Positions 43,201 to 49,657 of a DNA stretch of 52,933 nt are shown here, piece by piece (position 1 is the first letter of the stretch; the number at the start of each line of letters is the position of its first letter). Location: positions 1 through 52,933 of the IMG/VR virus record IMGVR_UViG_3300012920_000054; one strand, given 5' to 3'. The DNA is from a virus (Duplodnaviria; Caudoviricetes). The notes under the pieces are model-generated. The model did no database searches, had not been told where the DNA came from, and was given only the letters and a program-made list of their open reading frames with translations. Made by a program: the position numbers and the translations under genes.

Positions 43201-46200
43201 AAATCCAGAAGGTATATCTCATACTGCTTGGAAATTAATGAGAGAAGGTGACAGTAATAGTACAGTACCAGATCATTTAAGTGACAAACTTATTGATAGT
43301 TTATGTGGTGAGAATGCAGAAGCATCGCCAGTACCAGATCCAAAACTTAGCGAAGTAGAAAAGTATGGTATAAGTTTTAGACCGAGACAGACTATGTTTA
43401 AAGACATCAAGTCTGCAAGACGTGTTATGGTTAGTGTACTTAATAGAATTTTAGAAAACACTAGAGTCAACTCTGAATATGCTGGTTGGGATAATTCATT
43501 GCCTACAGCAAGAGCATACTTAGATACAGTAAACTGGTATGCAGTTGATAGAACAGATCCTGTAACAAATGAGTCAATAAGATATAACGATTCATTAAAA
43601 CCAATATTTAATGTAACAAGTGTATCTGAACTTAATGGTTTAAGTAATGTGTCTGACGGTACAATAGTACAAGTTAAGAGTAATCAAAATGATACTGAAC
43701 AACTTTGGAGATATAATGCTCCATCTAGATCATTTGTATTAGTAAGTGTACTGAATGATACAGTTAAATTACCAAATACAATTTATACAGATACAACAAA
43801 TCCAACACTTAGCAGTGAACTAAGACTTATACTAGTTGCACTCAGAGATAATGTGTTTGCAAATACATCACATTGGAACGAACTGTTCTTTGAGATGATG
43901 AAACATGCATACATGGAACAGAAGCAACTAAGTTGGGCATTCAAAACTTCATACTTGTATATTGAAAAAGAAGAAAATGATTTAACAACTATAAATGGAT
44001 TTAAAGCAGATAACTTCCAGAGAGTATTAGATTACATGAATGAAGTTAAACCATTTAGTGCAAAAGTTAGAGAATACAAAGACGGTAAGAAGGCTCCAAA
44101 CGATTTAATTGGACAAAATAATATTAGTGACTACGATAAGCCACCTTATGTTGATTTAGTAACAGGTACTGTTAGAGTGCTTGATGAAAACTTAGTACAA
44201 GATACAGACATAATGGCAAATTCTAAAACTTATGTTGATTACTGGACAGCATGGAGAGATGGCTTACAACCTACTGATCCTATTAGAAGAGCAAACACAA
44301 CTATTACGTTTGACAGAACAAATTATATATTAACAGAAAGTAACTGGGACGTTGCAAATGTTTCACTAGAAACAAGCATAGGTTACAACATTGCAAATCT
44401 AGTTGTACAAACAAAAGAAGAAGTATCTGCTAACGCAAGTGTTAGAGCCGCAGATAAATTATTTAAGTTTGATGAGGCTGTACAAGCACAATTTATTGCA
44501 GAAGTTAATACATACTACAACGATGTAACAGCGGCAAGAAACAATGATATAGTTGGTAACGGAACTGTTATGGCAGGCCTAGTTGCAAGTGGACAACTTA
44601 AAAATACACTAGCACTTATCAAAGACAAAGTAGGTGGTAACTTCAGAGGTGAAACATTAGACGCAAGTAAGTTCTCAAGCATAATTGATCAAGCAGATTA
44701 CATGAGTGCTATACAAACAGACTTTGGATTTGATTCAGACTTGTTTGATGAAAATACTGATCATGATGATACAGTATTCACAGATAATAGAGATTTAACA
44801 AACTATGGACCTGTAACAACTTATGGTATTGGTGATACTAAGTGGGATAACTCAAAACAAATAGTTAGTTACGAAGGAGTATTTGATGCAATCGCTAATC
44901 CTGTAACACTAAGAAGAAGCGGTGATTCATATGATGGATTCGATGGTGTAACATTCCAGAGAGTAGCATACGGTGAAGAAAGACCAGAAGAACTAGCATT
45001 GCTAGATCCGTTAGAGAGTGTGATATTTACTGTTACAACCTCAGACTTCTCAAGAGGTGCCGCAGGTAATGTAAGTGTATATGATGATTTAGATACTGCT
45101 AATGCAACATTATTCCACCCAACAACATCATTGCGTGAAGACAGTTCAAATGTTGTTGTAACTAATGGTGGTATAGGTTATGTGAATCCTACTGTAACAA
45201 TTACAGATGCATACGGAAACAATCCTACAACTACAGCAGTTGCAACAGCAACAGTAAATGCCGCAGGTACTGTACAATCAATTACAGTGAGCAACGGTGG
45301 TGCTGGTTACACAGAAATTAACTTAGCACTAACAGAAACACTAACAGAAGTAACAAGTGCTGGTGCATTTGTGAATCAAAATGTTTTACCATTAGTAGGT
45401 ACTTCTAATGTTAAAGTAGGACAGATTGTTACAGTTAATAGTGTTGACATAGGTGAGGTTGCAAGTATAAATGGAAACAACGTACAATTAAACGCAGTAC
45501 TCAACGGTGATGTATCAAGTGGACAAACTGTACACTTTAGAGGACAAAACTTCTCTTACTCATTGAGTAACTTAGTTATAACAGCATCAGCAGGAGTTGA
45601 CCCAGATGATGCAGACAACTTCTTTGCAGTAGATAGTGTGGATGGATGGGACTCTGCAACTTCACTTGGAGCCGCAGGTTCATATGATACTGCATTAACA
45701 GTTGTACAAGAAAGAGTTACAACAAAAGTGGCGCCTAATGCCAAAGAAGTAACATATAGAATGCACCACAGTTTATTTGGTGACGTAGATTACTTGCGTA
45801 TCAGTTCAGCGGCAACTACAAAACTTGCTAAGAAGATGACATTATCATCAACTACAATTACAGTTGACGATGCAAGTTTCTTACCAAATCCAACTTCAAT
45901 TGTACCTGGTAGTATTTGGGTTGGCGATGAAAGAATACAGTATGGTAGAAGAAGTGGCAAAGTATTAAGTGCATTAACAAGAGGTGCCTTTGGAACAACA
46001 CCACAAGACCACGCAGTTGATACACCAATTTATAGTGCAGAACAATCAGAACATTTCAACCACTTGAATCCTGCAAGTAATATATGGCTTGACACAGGTA
46101 CACGTTATGGTGCCCCTCAGCCATGGGACGCAGATGAATGGGATGAAATTGAAGCGGCAAATATTGCAACATCTGATGTTGGAGTAACAATAACAAATGT

Positions 46201-46558
46201 TACAACTACAACTGCAACACTTACATTGCAAGGTACAGGCACAGCCAATATTGCACTTAATGAGGGTGTAAGAGTGTTTGCAAATGCTAATGTGAGTAAC
46301 TTTGAAGTAGTAGAAGTTACTGCAAACAACAGCGGTGTGTACACTATTACAGCAAGTGATCAAGATACATTAGACACTACATTATTTGTAGAAAACGGAA
46401 CTGCAACATTAAGAAACTTTGTGTACGGTGCTCAAAGTTCAGATGATGACTATGACTCAGCAGAAGTTACAGGACAGTCAGCAATGAGTTTAGCAGACAG
46501 AGGAAATGCAGACTTGTCAAACGTAAACAGTATTATGAAGTTTTTACATAAACTTTAA
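25001..46558 (+). CDS. Giant multidomain virion/baseplate protein, 7185 aa (YHYH-like, CBM-like, PA14-like and GSGY-repeat domains)
   Basis: Uninterrupted 21.5-kb ORF in the baseplate operon. Motifs SPVVGWAFDGLPIYGPYGY (YHYH-like), GYFRAPYTGRY...CDDGIWVW (PA14-like), and YMNEVKPFSAKVREY near the C-terminus. Confidence 0.8.
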   Translation: MATVNFVGATNTEGPFAINGFYPLYATEAKSNTHDGGNGTSHAHVFFGQTFYMPNGLKMGSTQFHGEYDGSLTAEYNQSATTNSASNIKGYYYYKLDKTVPEYHNAWKFIDEPSKQRIFTSYSLTQVDIDANVTDFFVGCYPDVDTTKVCGYDITVLINAIPVTTFTYGDRPAFIQFPDTQTFNVGDFIEISASAKEGLISSKGPSKYELPLSWGHNTTNQDILNVSAPEYIGQFKQHIEKQQGFSGESLGSNNYQDSSKVAGVENDIVQTNQDTMLGAFLVDDNPSNLVDALRFNANEYIKFKNRLRHEIEKYYNTNATTGLTNEYVLDQVLRNVTSFKIGNDVFNKTYILPFGDNYTKEDFTVTTDTVTYTLSSFADLDLIENSLLVYLNSKLLVVEKDYTITSFSPLTVKLLTSASGGDTLCTKLYNAERDSAQCPPTPSTMGIMPLYQPILETDTSFKTPITTLVGHDGSRQKAFGDFRDDILLEFETRIYNSAKAEFRTANSLPAYNSIDIRCGAFRDTGYTHGEFYDLIRHYFSSWTISENLDPIVNEFFDSQDEWSWNYSSTELPGHWRGWYEFYYDTVRPNTHPWEMLGFTEKPLWWDEEYYVYDVDDIDRLIPRVDYGSGNTKLWTDLEEGIIRQGPRQNLNNYKINNPYRRIGLGDLLPIDANAKLISPYRIKSTDTTTISTTWVASEGSADDQFAFRTNSFRKLDGINVTASDKLYVESNNLPTADKKTTEQVTSFVIPRRSQLNDASTWNNTPQVKAKAIGVLVNGDPLMSIDSGEYWDTDKTYETATWIYNKAQQKDITNPVITEQGVATHYTINPDVLGLTEWDTANASPVVGWAFDGLPIYGPYGYSDANDNTSSVVRIQSGWELDTRTRGTGNTGETTGPGGKPTGQFIKDFKISASAGSSGFTDSFNMRYAVTKDSATPIWHYVATVDANNKPAFPYHVGGGIVTTDRWAGKFRAETEATGTISSIDVIDAGGLYTSAPTITITGDGTGATASAVIVDKKISSITITAVGNGYTYATATVGNDGGGVRGKLRVNVLGEDNTTFQGTRNQADNPAIGSVKNVSRSTQLGTDGVWKLGDGAPIENAFKYSSTYPFAIAEALLLAKPGRFATIFSDPVALQRPTINNSQLLSKVTKKRWKFLDKADFKIHGDIDVATGKMITNIGYTQFINSWLKFQGLDTVLNFVNPLRTLNMKLAHRMSGFIDKDTLSARTDQYSNDGNATSLIIPQENITTTLHSSNYKSRNFYTGVIVEKTKTGYRVRGYDKNRGYFEVYNLLKTGNKVEVEVGGEPEAYSVWEPNVTYDTGNIVQYRNNFYQAPLRIASGSVFESKLWQKLAKLPQVDSAKAVHYIEKDISTKRVSYETEFKTVQEIFDLLIGLGLYQQELGFDFGEFNSSAGAVQDWAYSAKQFLFWTTGEWQVGNTIELSPLAGKVKYIAPRGFIAKINRSDREQFTILNQFGEGIDPTSCTIVREGEFIEVSPPDGEQIYSLMLYTKEVEHALVFDNTTNFSDVIFNETFNQRHKRIKLKGQRTKNWKGKFLSQGFIIDGDELLPNLDNLAESLGRYHEFGFIPVEKQVYEASRALFGYTERDYLTELDIQDDEQFDFYRGMIQGKGTSESLGRIARSSAVVSGNVNIFDEWALRVGDFGDTENDQSIELKLVKSDIKQDPQLITLDFPENVTNVVERIDIIDPKYAYDLAPTIEIAAPPVGGVQATAKVTLDSSTRKLQKITVTNQGSGYGAIPVAKVLASNVLISESNGTIPKVVATTSNYFDFTQTSASIKISDGLSSNAAITISVTNGGSAITTANVLAAVNNNTAINANVQLNLIASEVISGSSTVTKYTAQFIGKDFYLENGANFGHSAANIHYQPVQRYAVSSAMPGSTSQTTINDIEVLLNDTAIDSSLYTYDVGSVNTSTTTQSYPSINVSATRDEGNVYYPLQNSSFTVTLSTPIDVNNLEIGTDGDYKFVDLYIGNVLIRNSHNSISFGDHDNNSGTADQEYITSNGTMYTIAANGASITFPDVSRLPNSVKTAIKNPPLISDADGKQQRLEFVLDTGTEIKVIEHPTVQLSQNLTTDVPGTKLNIRVTAPDGIAVRMGAKRNYLITEDDKTDNTIVIDIDDASRFIKKPTGVKDNNLWPTTSSVNAFGLLDNSYPTIRNAGYVNSSNVTFQAFDVASIPELYKDDILIKPTTNDLIHIAKSENKDWNVYKLEKTAATVHYVERNNDGSVQLITDDSLFQYLDTNEIGQPNTGKYLDYVLSLDNSNLSSPVVVWNQEDIVRRTQSQISDFEAPQMVQARIKSIGPRKTKTITAVSPHFGKQINDIALTPQADSTTVVATGNVQDIEAFDAFELVDNAAIIDQHQATVSLANTDELTFDPIRVESITVSSAGSGYTVPPTVSIANGSGGAGGDTASAVARISGPVSAITVVDGGVGYVSGAVTVAISPPENVVPTTGVADIATATATVDAEGTITGFTITNGGSGYTSNPTVTIIGDNTEMAVATATINGSVDEIIMVNRGSGYSGGTPAVTVSGNATATAVRTVPAQTQLAKMVTGAGGTATKVSIKFLGQISDSLEFKLEPPRTATEQATLDALQRRINYPITLKSYNTSTGTFAIKHSDFAVTDFLTNLESPGFQTRVLTSFTPSSANFFTVASVGFRRFEFEDITSGASIGYSTNVTIRHLNKSKITSPNHSVRVGDTVRLFTNTFSGAYKVENVIDHDNFVIKAPYIPGFTSGTIYGEGIEIKTVGPHGISPVYAQSNKGIAVHFADPKIYNQKYVIDSITPDSILISGRWAPRTGTAIYYEHKVGMVTGQTPYNGSNSPTATNIITVTDDVKLNEYLVTYSANSQIVPSQFVTIDGDKLWVAPEGLPSVTPSATYPAVELTVARQRGRGLNRYPLVTTLDHDVVNINGSEFKIDNTNSAKAVESSINRAIRLRREFVKSDPAEGGTEIGFVMMNDPNTPVYEDLPSRMISNYGPYLRDANKIAELSGGALDGSRQMVYATADEKIIDREFNKGTDNRGPVYGLTYTDEATNIYYVWDAMRSKYMAYDKLYGGLTPERNSDSKPLPQNHVKKALPPFALWKASEGYTVSANPLDNRAYVAGDIVRYNGKVYKATADINMADNEVFEVARWTEVVGNPASGDIESLFGTENEQFTDNLIPKTIPGNGQITTYRPGNSQSSYDMEATKTFTLFDSSTITIPTFRLKSSEENIFEIFQAVQNDGSGGVNGQVYYILLDLVNPERCGAEIDFNETVNAYNSFGNYKKTGYYYVNQITPTIDGSNRITDAKDPIRIEATVGVITVPPVEPAVSLGLQYIEEPYAVSGGNNTDAVANLQSLPLVTVEGNRVKLDVAGMDEYYIWTPGLTPNEWNPTADGPGYLPGVNGNDTNFGYGRGYYAENDNHLPDDYPDIASFYTDGKTGYNSVMPRFMYNKKFTVDPPAVNMARIRYYDADGNEISESEANILGVDGVTTQPTYADPTNEDTGVTLLRPEEVFVACFWTEAFTYRNQLVGLDYSTLNGAGQPTPILDDYEGTVVRVKYIRLTELPSNAFTQRIIPDTGWAGRGWRNRLSDSLPELPNEDNIFDLFNPVATVGGGTDSETDTDVILSIGTDQDADGVVGVTTEGQLAPGLSNDETIPVTEKGPILGGDFLNNLPGPCATLPQLTPPDEDSRACDSVDNQEEFLYIDNKSAQMRGEDIVIDQDTADANGINPGTYKDDFPFDHSRGDTAAGVGNYADTYDKSNWSFVNLKIAGSSPLRVFFDFLEHENQSTSSMNYGSVVIVQNEEPYFSELEGDVGLIGTWVKNGVNPFSVGEIGPRKEREWWSKATIVDSTIVSGSVTGTKGDQVARYGEAVIGNTNLTRDTIVDDQMISRADNEKLASSDTTWIASQNIPSSVDNQRVSGSHIHATTGPFSNIADENPSIKSDAGANADRWLVNDIGVSGIGFIASTVNCTRGEYITVFFRPSKEVSRQTVKDDVLWQSVIQFRGAVVDPGLLGTPEEECLEGHSTPYASGGVKRQWQGRNSWGYFGQHRSSRERFTPGQTSQRKTHLDNIYFPYQLLPNPYNSNDYDNMPDATWGSWAHCHNDHKYAGWRENVELAKRTISSISRTTIPKYNTIEIKGYFRAPYTGRYLVEGYCDDGIWVWISSEATQTTGRGGRPVRRGIDDLAGFDGDTRHEYFKDDGFQKSNIYNYHRDNHLLRIGWLTTDDNIKHNKPGERYVDLEGGKYYFIRTICGNNKGPGYFDLSWVCTPANSLTNFTLTSDPDDTYASGTIKRGKFTLSGRDCSVELPNDSSDSSGNGNDGGGGGGGGGGGNNGNPGAARKREGNSEGSYEQASHNGTAHNGYGKGWYNRYAKFASDAQARAYEVRATNAGVYDGRSSNFSGVQIAIWNEVGIACPPGSPANCSTSVVSQDTPMVKPGFASHGDADHTKLQRVVLPSGEVIYVPNVDIYEGITVHGIGNSTTPGQRHLSGYNFMPHSMKLPKKKPLVDVNDYSFVEGTLDEGTAVSGQAQRISGGLLLPFAKKLKTVSKTPYILKSEEVNEEPWAKNLENGGDINKTTKYVQYNPKKIGSTATIGGKTIKNISNSSVGNQWQNSNNGETTTYTGPAYEEPGVNTSTDSGEEVQTVMSNTADNTLVPEYYDVAEADFNNIIYNQMPVIQITPRAIDNNGNFYNAGPTAATYIRKPTPEVDIDLTDLIGIDEGTELLINGRRIVKRGNSGTDIKTQINCANMGVSAEIDEETNTLSIISCNNLPFKIGDGCGGGTFKQVGDFHINRGFDQGITTSETFVAPFIAPVGKTTKTGSGNATVAIGGGGGGMIPGSEVINDYRRLPDGNTEKFFYRPDGEPDIYDTPARIPLVTSNKSTGGSGYRVGDRLRLIGGTPETNTLGPLNANVCIEFAGAGYTNPANLSIVFNETVSTPGVGGAATVTELDENGGIAKVVMVNQGAAYDPENPPTLTVRDSSPTPTIIQVDASWTSNVTLQAGQIAQINKRVNISGLDDQNSGIETVIEPRFVRAVGTYAMGAKEEYTVGSSDVSINTSFPNTVRIAFVRGGEAIRPESYVKIKHFPGTSLNDYYITVNGATSVSSTLVVDSVNDVNGQQYIKPGMVMSKMVSSTLTVIGNVTNVDVNTKTITLDVLTSVADGETVYFVAPQEKMFWIPKNLDEHTPSVTETSFHIQDPAFKTNAVVTNMFGAGADISITGRKPWYDDYTSGNLVDTIDPRTPKQQAKLSVTVGDPKERMNGGALRVAKFIVTDVDDRGAITGIKIIDRGLYKEFPTDLTMGIPLEYDYALEGAVRINTSLTPDEQQVQVEEDMKRTLGYGDPVDKNNSMYGGNHPEYQYTPFRGADELLLRNRGNLSEEDGDKLDALLSKVNAGNQLNATEQDEYDVLLNKLIRMQGYEAPNKHPDFEDYPEFFWDGTSFQQYFGTPGAYDPTTFIVVDLRSASLEEYNANPSEWARKQFNLGNLIRKTKVIETNPQKYNFGRYNPQEVAGGTGARVFLTAQEIPNCSEKGTAKSQLGLPDEVSNVNAPKSIARQLNNALRGAGYQPDEAYAEFTPIGEVGEVRIVTPGYDGLKIDSPNPGTLEPLGLPIGDYNNGMLCITAILEKQDGTQYTDEEALADIQALYDTNDELGLLTGDELKERYGTDQTRTEVEYDGIDSIMTLICAEVIQPSPRSAYDDYGSGKINPYDVLSPIGPGAYGLNDNNSIFGDGRQLLTRELFSYDVTDLFGANVKLTGSGKQNSPVNYFASKRFNDQNVIDPLETIVTNTSAVNELALESNAWIDSYSNTNQTIIDNAAGVSDNTNTVYTMDNFVEGGWAYLENGVPKRWQTPLVDVNFITNAIVYDPETGNKVNNLDFWDPFKGILPGFIQNEISFISEEDPVSYNNARTNFGKNNVGKVWWDTSTIAYNWYEQGPDAERNSKWGSAFPGSQVTICEWVESKSKPQNWAGNGTPRWSDRFVTERRPDPKTGDYVMFYYYWVMNRTVLDNKVKRSQGRKLDTRTIARYVADPVGYGINMISFASEKSILVHNISDIREEESHLQINLSRNLNPEGISHTAWKLMREGDSNSTVPDHLSDKLIDSLCGENAEASPVPDPKLSEVEKYGISFRPRQTMFKDIKSARRVMVSVLNRILENTRVNSEYAGWDNSLPTARAYLDTVNWYAVDRTDPVTNESIRYNDSLKPIFNVTSVSELNGLSNVSDGTIVQVKSNQNDTEQLWRYNAPSRSFVLVSVLNDTVKLPNTIYTDTTNPTLSSELRLILVALRDNVFANTSHWNELFFEMMKHAYMEQKQLSWAFKTSYLYIEKEENDLTTINGFKADNFQRVLDYMNEVKPFSAKVREYKDGKKAPNDLIGQNNISDYDKPPYVDLVTGTVRVLDENLVQDTDIMANSKTYVDYWTAWRDGLQPTDPIRRANTTITFDRTNYILTESNWDVANVSLETSIGYNIANLVVQTKEEVSANASVRAADKLFKFDEAVQAQFIAEVNTYYNDVTAARNNDIVGNGTVMAGLVASGQLKNTLALIKDKVGGNFRGETLDASKFSSIIDQADYMSAIQTDFGFDSDLFDENTDHDDTVFTDNRDLTNYGPVTTYGIGDTKWDNSKQIVSYEGVFDAIANPVTLRRSGDSYDGFDGVTFQRVAYGEERPEELALLDPLESVIFTVTTSDFSRGAAGNVSVYDDLDTANATLFHPTTSLREDSSNVVVTNGGIGYVNPTVTITDAYGNNPTTTAVATATVNAAGTVQSITVSNGGAGYTEINLALTETLTEVTSAGAFVNQNVLPLVGTSNVKVGQIVTVNSVDIGEVASINGNNVQLNAVLNGDVSSGQTVHFRGQNFSYSLSNLVITASAGVDPDDADNFFAVDSVDGWDSATSLGAAGSYDTALTVVQERVTTKVAPNAKEVTYRMHHSLFGDVDYLRISSAATTKLAKKMTLSSTTITVDDASFLPNPTSIVPGSIWVGDERIQYGRRSGKVLSALTRGAFGTTPQDHAVDTPIYSAEQSEHFNHLNPASNIWLDTGTRYGAPQPWDADEWDEIEAANIATSDVGVTITNVTTTTATLTLQGTGTANIALNEGVRVFANANVSNFEVVEVTANNSGVYTITASDQDTLDTTLFVENGTATLRNFVYGAQSSDDDYDSAEVTGQSAMSLADRGNADLSNVNSIMKFLHKL

Positions 46559-46582
46559 AATTAAAAGGTGCTTTAATAAAGT

Positions 46583-46590
46583 GATAAATA
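46583..46590 (+). promoter_or_regulatory. Late-type promoter motif GATAAATA
   Basis: 5 nt upstream of ATG 46596. Confidence 0.6.
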
Positions 46591-46595
46591 AAGGT

Positions 46596-47267
46596 ATGAG
46601 CAAGGATAATTTAAAAGAAACAGAAAAAAAGCCAGAAACTACAAAGCCTGATGATAATATGGGCCTCAATGTTAGCGGACATATTTTAATACGCGACAAA
46701 GACACTGGTCAAGAATTAGTAAACAAAAGAAATGCTATCCATTATGGTAACATGGCTTATATTGTTGCTCAAGCATTAACAAATCAAGATGACGCATTTA
46801 TACACTACATGGCGTTTGGTAATGGTGCAACTAGTGTTGACACAGCCGGTAAAGTAGTTTATAAAACTCCAAGAGTCACAGAAGGATATGAATCAGGTGC
46901 AAACTTATACAGCAGAACATTTGCTAAACCAGTAAGCACAGATGCAGAAAATCCAGCAAGTCAACGTGCAGGAAATAAAATTGAAGTTATTTCTGGAGTA
47001 AGTTATACAGATTTAAAAATTACATGTACATTAGGATATAGCGAACCAAGTGATGCAGATGCTTTCGATAGTAGTGTTACTAACGAAGGTAATTATGTTT
47101 TTGACGAACTAGCATTATTTTCTAAACCAACAGCAGACAGTTATGATGGATGGGCAAATGGTATTGATTCTAGCACAATGCTTACACACGTTATATTCCA
47201 CCCAGTACAAAAAAGTAAGAACAGGGTTATAGAAGTTATCTATACAATTAGAATACAATTAAGTTAA
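46596..47267 (+). CDS. Putative baseplate/tail structural protein, 223 aa
   Basis: Start revised to ATG 46596. Motifs GHILIRD, MAFGNGA, FDELALFS and THVIFHPVQKS...YTIRI resemble baseplate fibre-attachment proteins. Confidence 0.6.
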   Translation: MSKDNLKETEKKPETTKPDDNMGLNVSGHILIRDKDTGQELVNKRNAIHYGNMAYIVAQALTNQDDAFIHYMAFGNGATSVDTAGKVVYKTPRVTEGYESGANLYSRTFAKPVSTDAENPASQRAGNKIEVISGVSYTDLKITCTLGYSEPSDADAFDSSVTNEGNYVFDELALFSKPTADSYDGWANGIDSSTMLTHVIFHPVQKSKNRVIEVIYTIRIQLS

Positions 47268-47278
47268 TAGGATAAACT

Positions 47279-49657
47279 GTGCCATATATTATAGACAACA
47301 GAGCAGGACAAAGTATCATCATTCCAGATGGTGGACTCAACCAAGATTTTTCCATTGACTTAGTAGGTAGAAATTATGCAAACTACGGTGAGCCTATTGC
47401 TACTGCATTTGTAGATCTATTAGATAATTTTGCAAACAGTACTGCACCAACAAAGCAAACAAACGGACAACTTTGGTATGATGCAGGTAAGAAAGTATTA
47501 AGAGTCTATGATAGTATAGGAGGACAATGGATACCTCTAACACCATTAATAAGCTCATCAGGTGTACCTAGCGGAGAGAACGCAACAAGTACATCATATT
47601 ACGATCAAACAAATTCAAAGTTCTATGTCAATGATGGAACAGGATACAAAGTTGTAGGACTTGCTGGAGAAACTAACACAGGTTTCTCAGGTGAGACAGC
47701 AGTTTCCTCTCCATCAAGATATGGTACAAGACTTAGAAATATATTCTTAGAAGATTCCTCTTCAGTGCCTAGAGCAGTAACGGCAATAGTTTTAACAAAC
47801 AGTTCAGGTGCATCTCCTACATTTACAAATGAAGAAAAAATTGTTGCTATATTCAGCGGACATGCAGACTTCACAATAGGAAATTTAACAAGTGCAACAG
47901 AAGGTGAATCAGCAAACTACTATAGTCAACTCACAGAAGCAGGTGGTATAGGAACTACAATTAGAACAGGTATCAATCTCAGAGACGATAATACTTCACT
48001 GATAGACAAATCCAAAAGATCATTTAGAAGTGATGCCGCATACAGTATTAATGTTGGCAGTTACGGATCTGATGGAGCAAACATTTCTGGTAGTGCTATT
48101 TTTCATTCAGGCGGTGATTCAGTACCAGCAACCACAGATACACATGACCTAGGTTCAAGTACAAATGTGTTTGCAGAAGGATATATTAAAAATTTAACAA
48201 TAGGTAATGGTACTACAGGTAGTATATTATCTACAGCAGGAACTACAGCAATTGGTAGTTCAGTAACACCATTTGACAATGCTTACATCAGTAGTTTAAG
48301 CATGTCAGGCCCAATAACATTCTCATCAAGTTCTAACTTGGGTAGCAGTACTGCTAGAGCAGGCACAGGTTTCTTCTCAGGAGTAAACACATCTGCACTA
48401 ACAATAGGCACACAAGTTTTTCCAACTGGTGACGGCACAAGTGGACAACAAATATTCACTGATGGCGCAGGTGGCTTGTTTTGGAGAGACCCTGTCAGTT
48501 CCATTACAAATATTTTTGCAAGAGGTGGTACAGTAAGTTCTAATACATCGTCAACAGTAAATGGAGTGAGCGAAACAACATTTATTATTGATATAGGTGC
48601 AGGACAAGGTATCACAGTACTTGACGATGAGATCCGAGTAAGTTTATCATCATTTGATACAGATAATTTAAATGAAGGATCTGTAAATCAATACTATACA
48701 GATGCTAGAGTCAGGAATGCAATTAGTCTAATAGACGGCGGCGGTGATGGCTCAATGACTTACAACAACAGTACAGGTGTATTAACCTACATAGGACCTA
48801 CCCCTACAGAAGTAAGAGCAAATTTCAGTGAAGGCAACGGTATTAGAATTAATGCTGGTGGTGAAATTAGAGTCCATGAGGCAGAAATAGATCACGATGT
48901 ATTGAAAAATTTTGTTATAACTGAGCATATTGATCACGACAACTTACATGTTATAGCAGGTGATGGTTTAACTGGTGGTGGTGAAATAACTGCAAATGTT
49001 ACACTCAATGTAGCAGGTGGTTATGGTATTACAGCAAATGCAAACGACATTGAATTAGCAAATTCAGATGTAAGAGGATTATTTACTGCAGGAGATGGTA
49101 TCTCAATTAACTCATCAGGAGTAATTACTAACACAGGTGTTTTAACAAATCCTAGTACGGCAGACTTTGTAACAAAATCAGACACACAAACAATTGGCGG
49201 AGCAAAAACATTTACCGCGGCAATAGTGTCCGACGGTGGTATTAGCATGGGGGCCTCAGATATAAGTTATACTGGAGAATTAATATTTTCAAAGACTGAT
49301 GGATCAACAGGTACAGTTACTTTTGGAAGTGGCGGCAGTATAAATGCAGACGGTGATATCACAGCATTCTCAGACAAAAGATTAAAAGAAGATATAAGCC
49401 CAATAGAAAATGCACTAGAAAAAGTAAGTGGACTTAATGGTTACACATATAAAAAGATCGGCCAAGAGAAACGTCTAACAGGTTTGATTGCACAAGAGTT
49501 ACAAGAAGTGCTACCAGAAGCAGTTCATGAAAATGAAGATGGCATGCTAAGTGTTGCATACGGCAATGTAGTTGGCTTACTTGTTGAAGCAATCAAAGAA
49601 TTGCAGGCGGAGGTGGCTGAGCTGAAGCAGGAGTCATCATCCAGTGGCAATATCTAG
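47279..49657 (+). CDS. Tail fibre protein with C-terminal intramolecular chaperone (peptidase S74) domain
   Basis: N-terminal LVGRNYANYGE...LLDNFA...GQLWYD anchor, Gly/Ser/Thr-rich shaft, and AFSDKRLKEDI...GLIAQELQEVLPEAV...VAYGNVVGLLVEAIKEL. Confidence 0.88.
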   Translation: MPYIIDNRAGQSIIIPDGGLNQDFSIDLVGRNYANYGEPIATAFVDLLDNFANSTAPTKQTNGQLWYDAGKKVLRVYDSIGGQWIPLTPLISSSGVPSGENATSTSYYDQTNSKFYVNDGTGYKVVGLAGETNTGFSGETAVSSPSRYGTRLRNIFLEDSSSVPRAVTAIVLTNSSGASPTFTNEEKIVAIFSGHADFTIGNLTSATEGESANYYSQLTEAGGIGTTIRTGINLRDDNTSLIDKSKRSFRSDAAYSINVGSYGSDGANISGSAIFHSGGDSVPATTDTHDLGSSTNVFAEGYIKNLTIGNGTTGSILSTAGTTAIGSSVTPFDNAYISSLSMSGPITFSSSSNLGSSTARAGTGFFSGVNTSALTIGTQVFPTGDGTSGQQIFTDGAGGLFWRDPVSSITNIFARGGTVSSNTSSTVNGVSETTFIIDIGAGQGITVLDDEIRVSLSSFDTDNLNEGSVNQYYTDARVRNAISLIDGGGDGSMTYNNSTGVLTYIGPTPTEVRANFSEGNGIRINAGGEIRVHEAEIDHDVLKNFVITEHIDHDNLHVIAGDGLTGGGEITANVTLNVAGGYGITANANDIELANSDVRGLFTAGDGISINSSGVITNTGVLTNPSTADFVTKSDTQTIGGAKTFTAAIVSDGGISMGASDISYTGELIFSKTDGSTGTVTFGSGGSINADGDITAFSDKRLKEDISPIENALEKVSGLNGYTYKKIGQEKRLTGLIAQELQEVLPEAVHENEDGMLSVAYGNVVGLLVEAIKELQAEVAELKQESSSSGNI

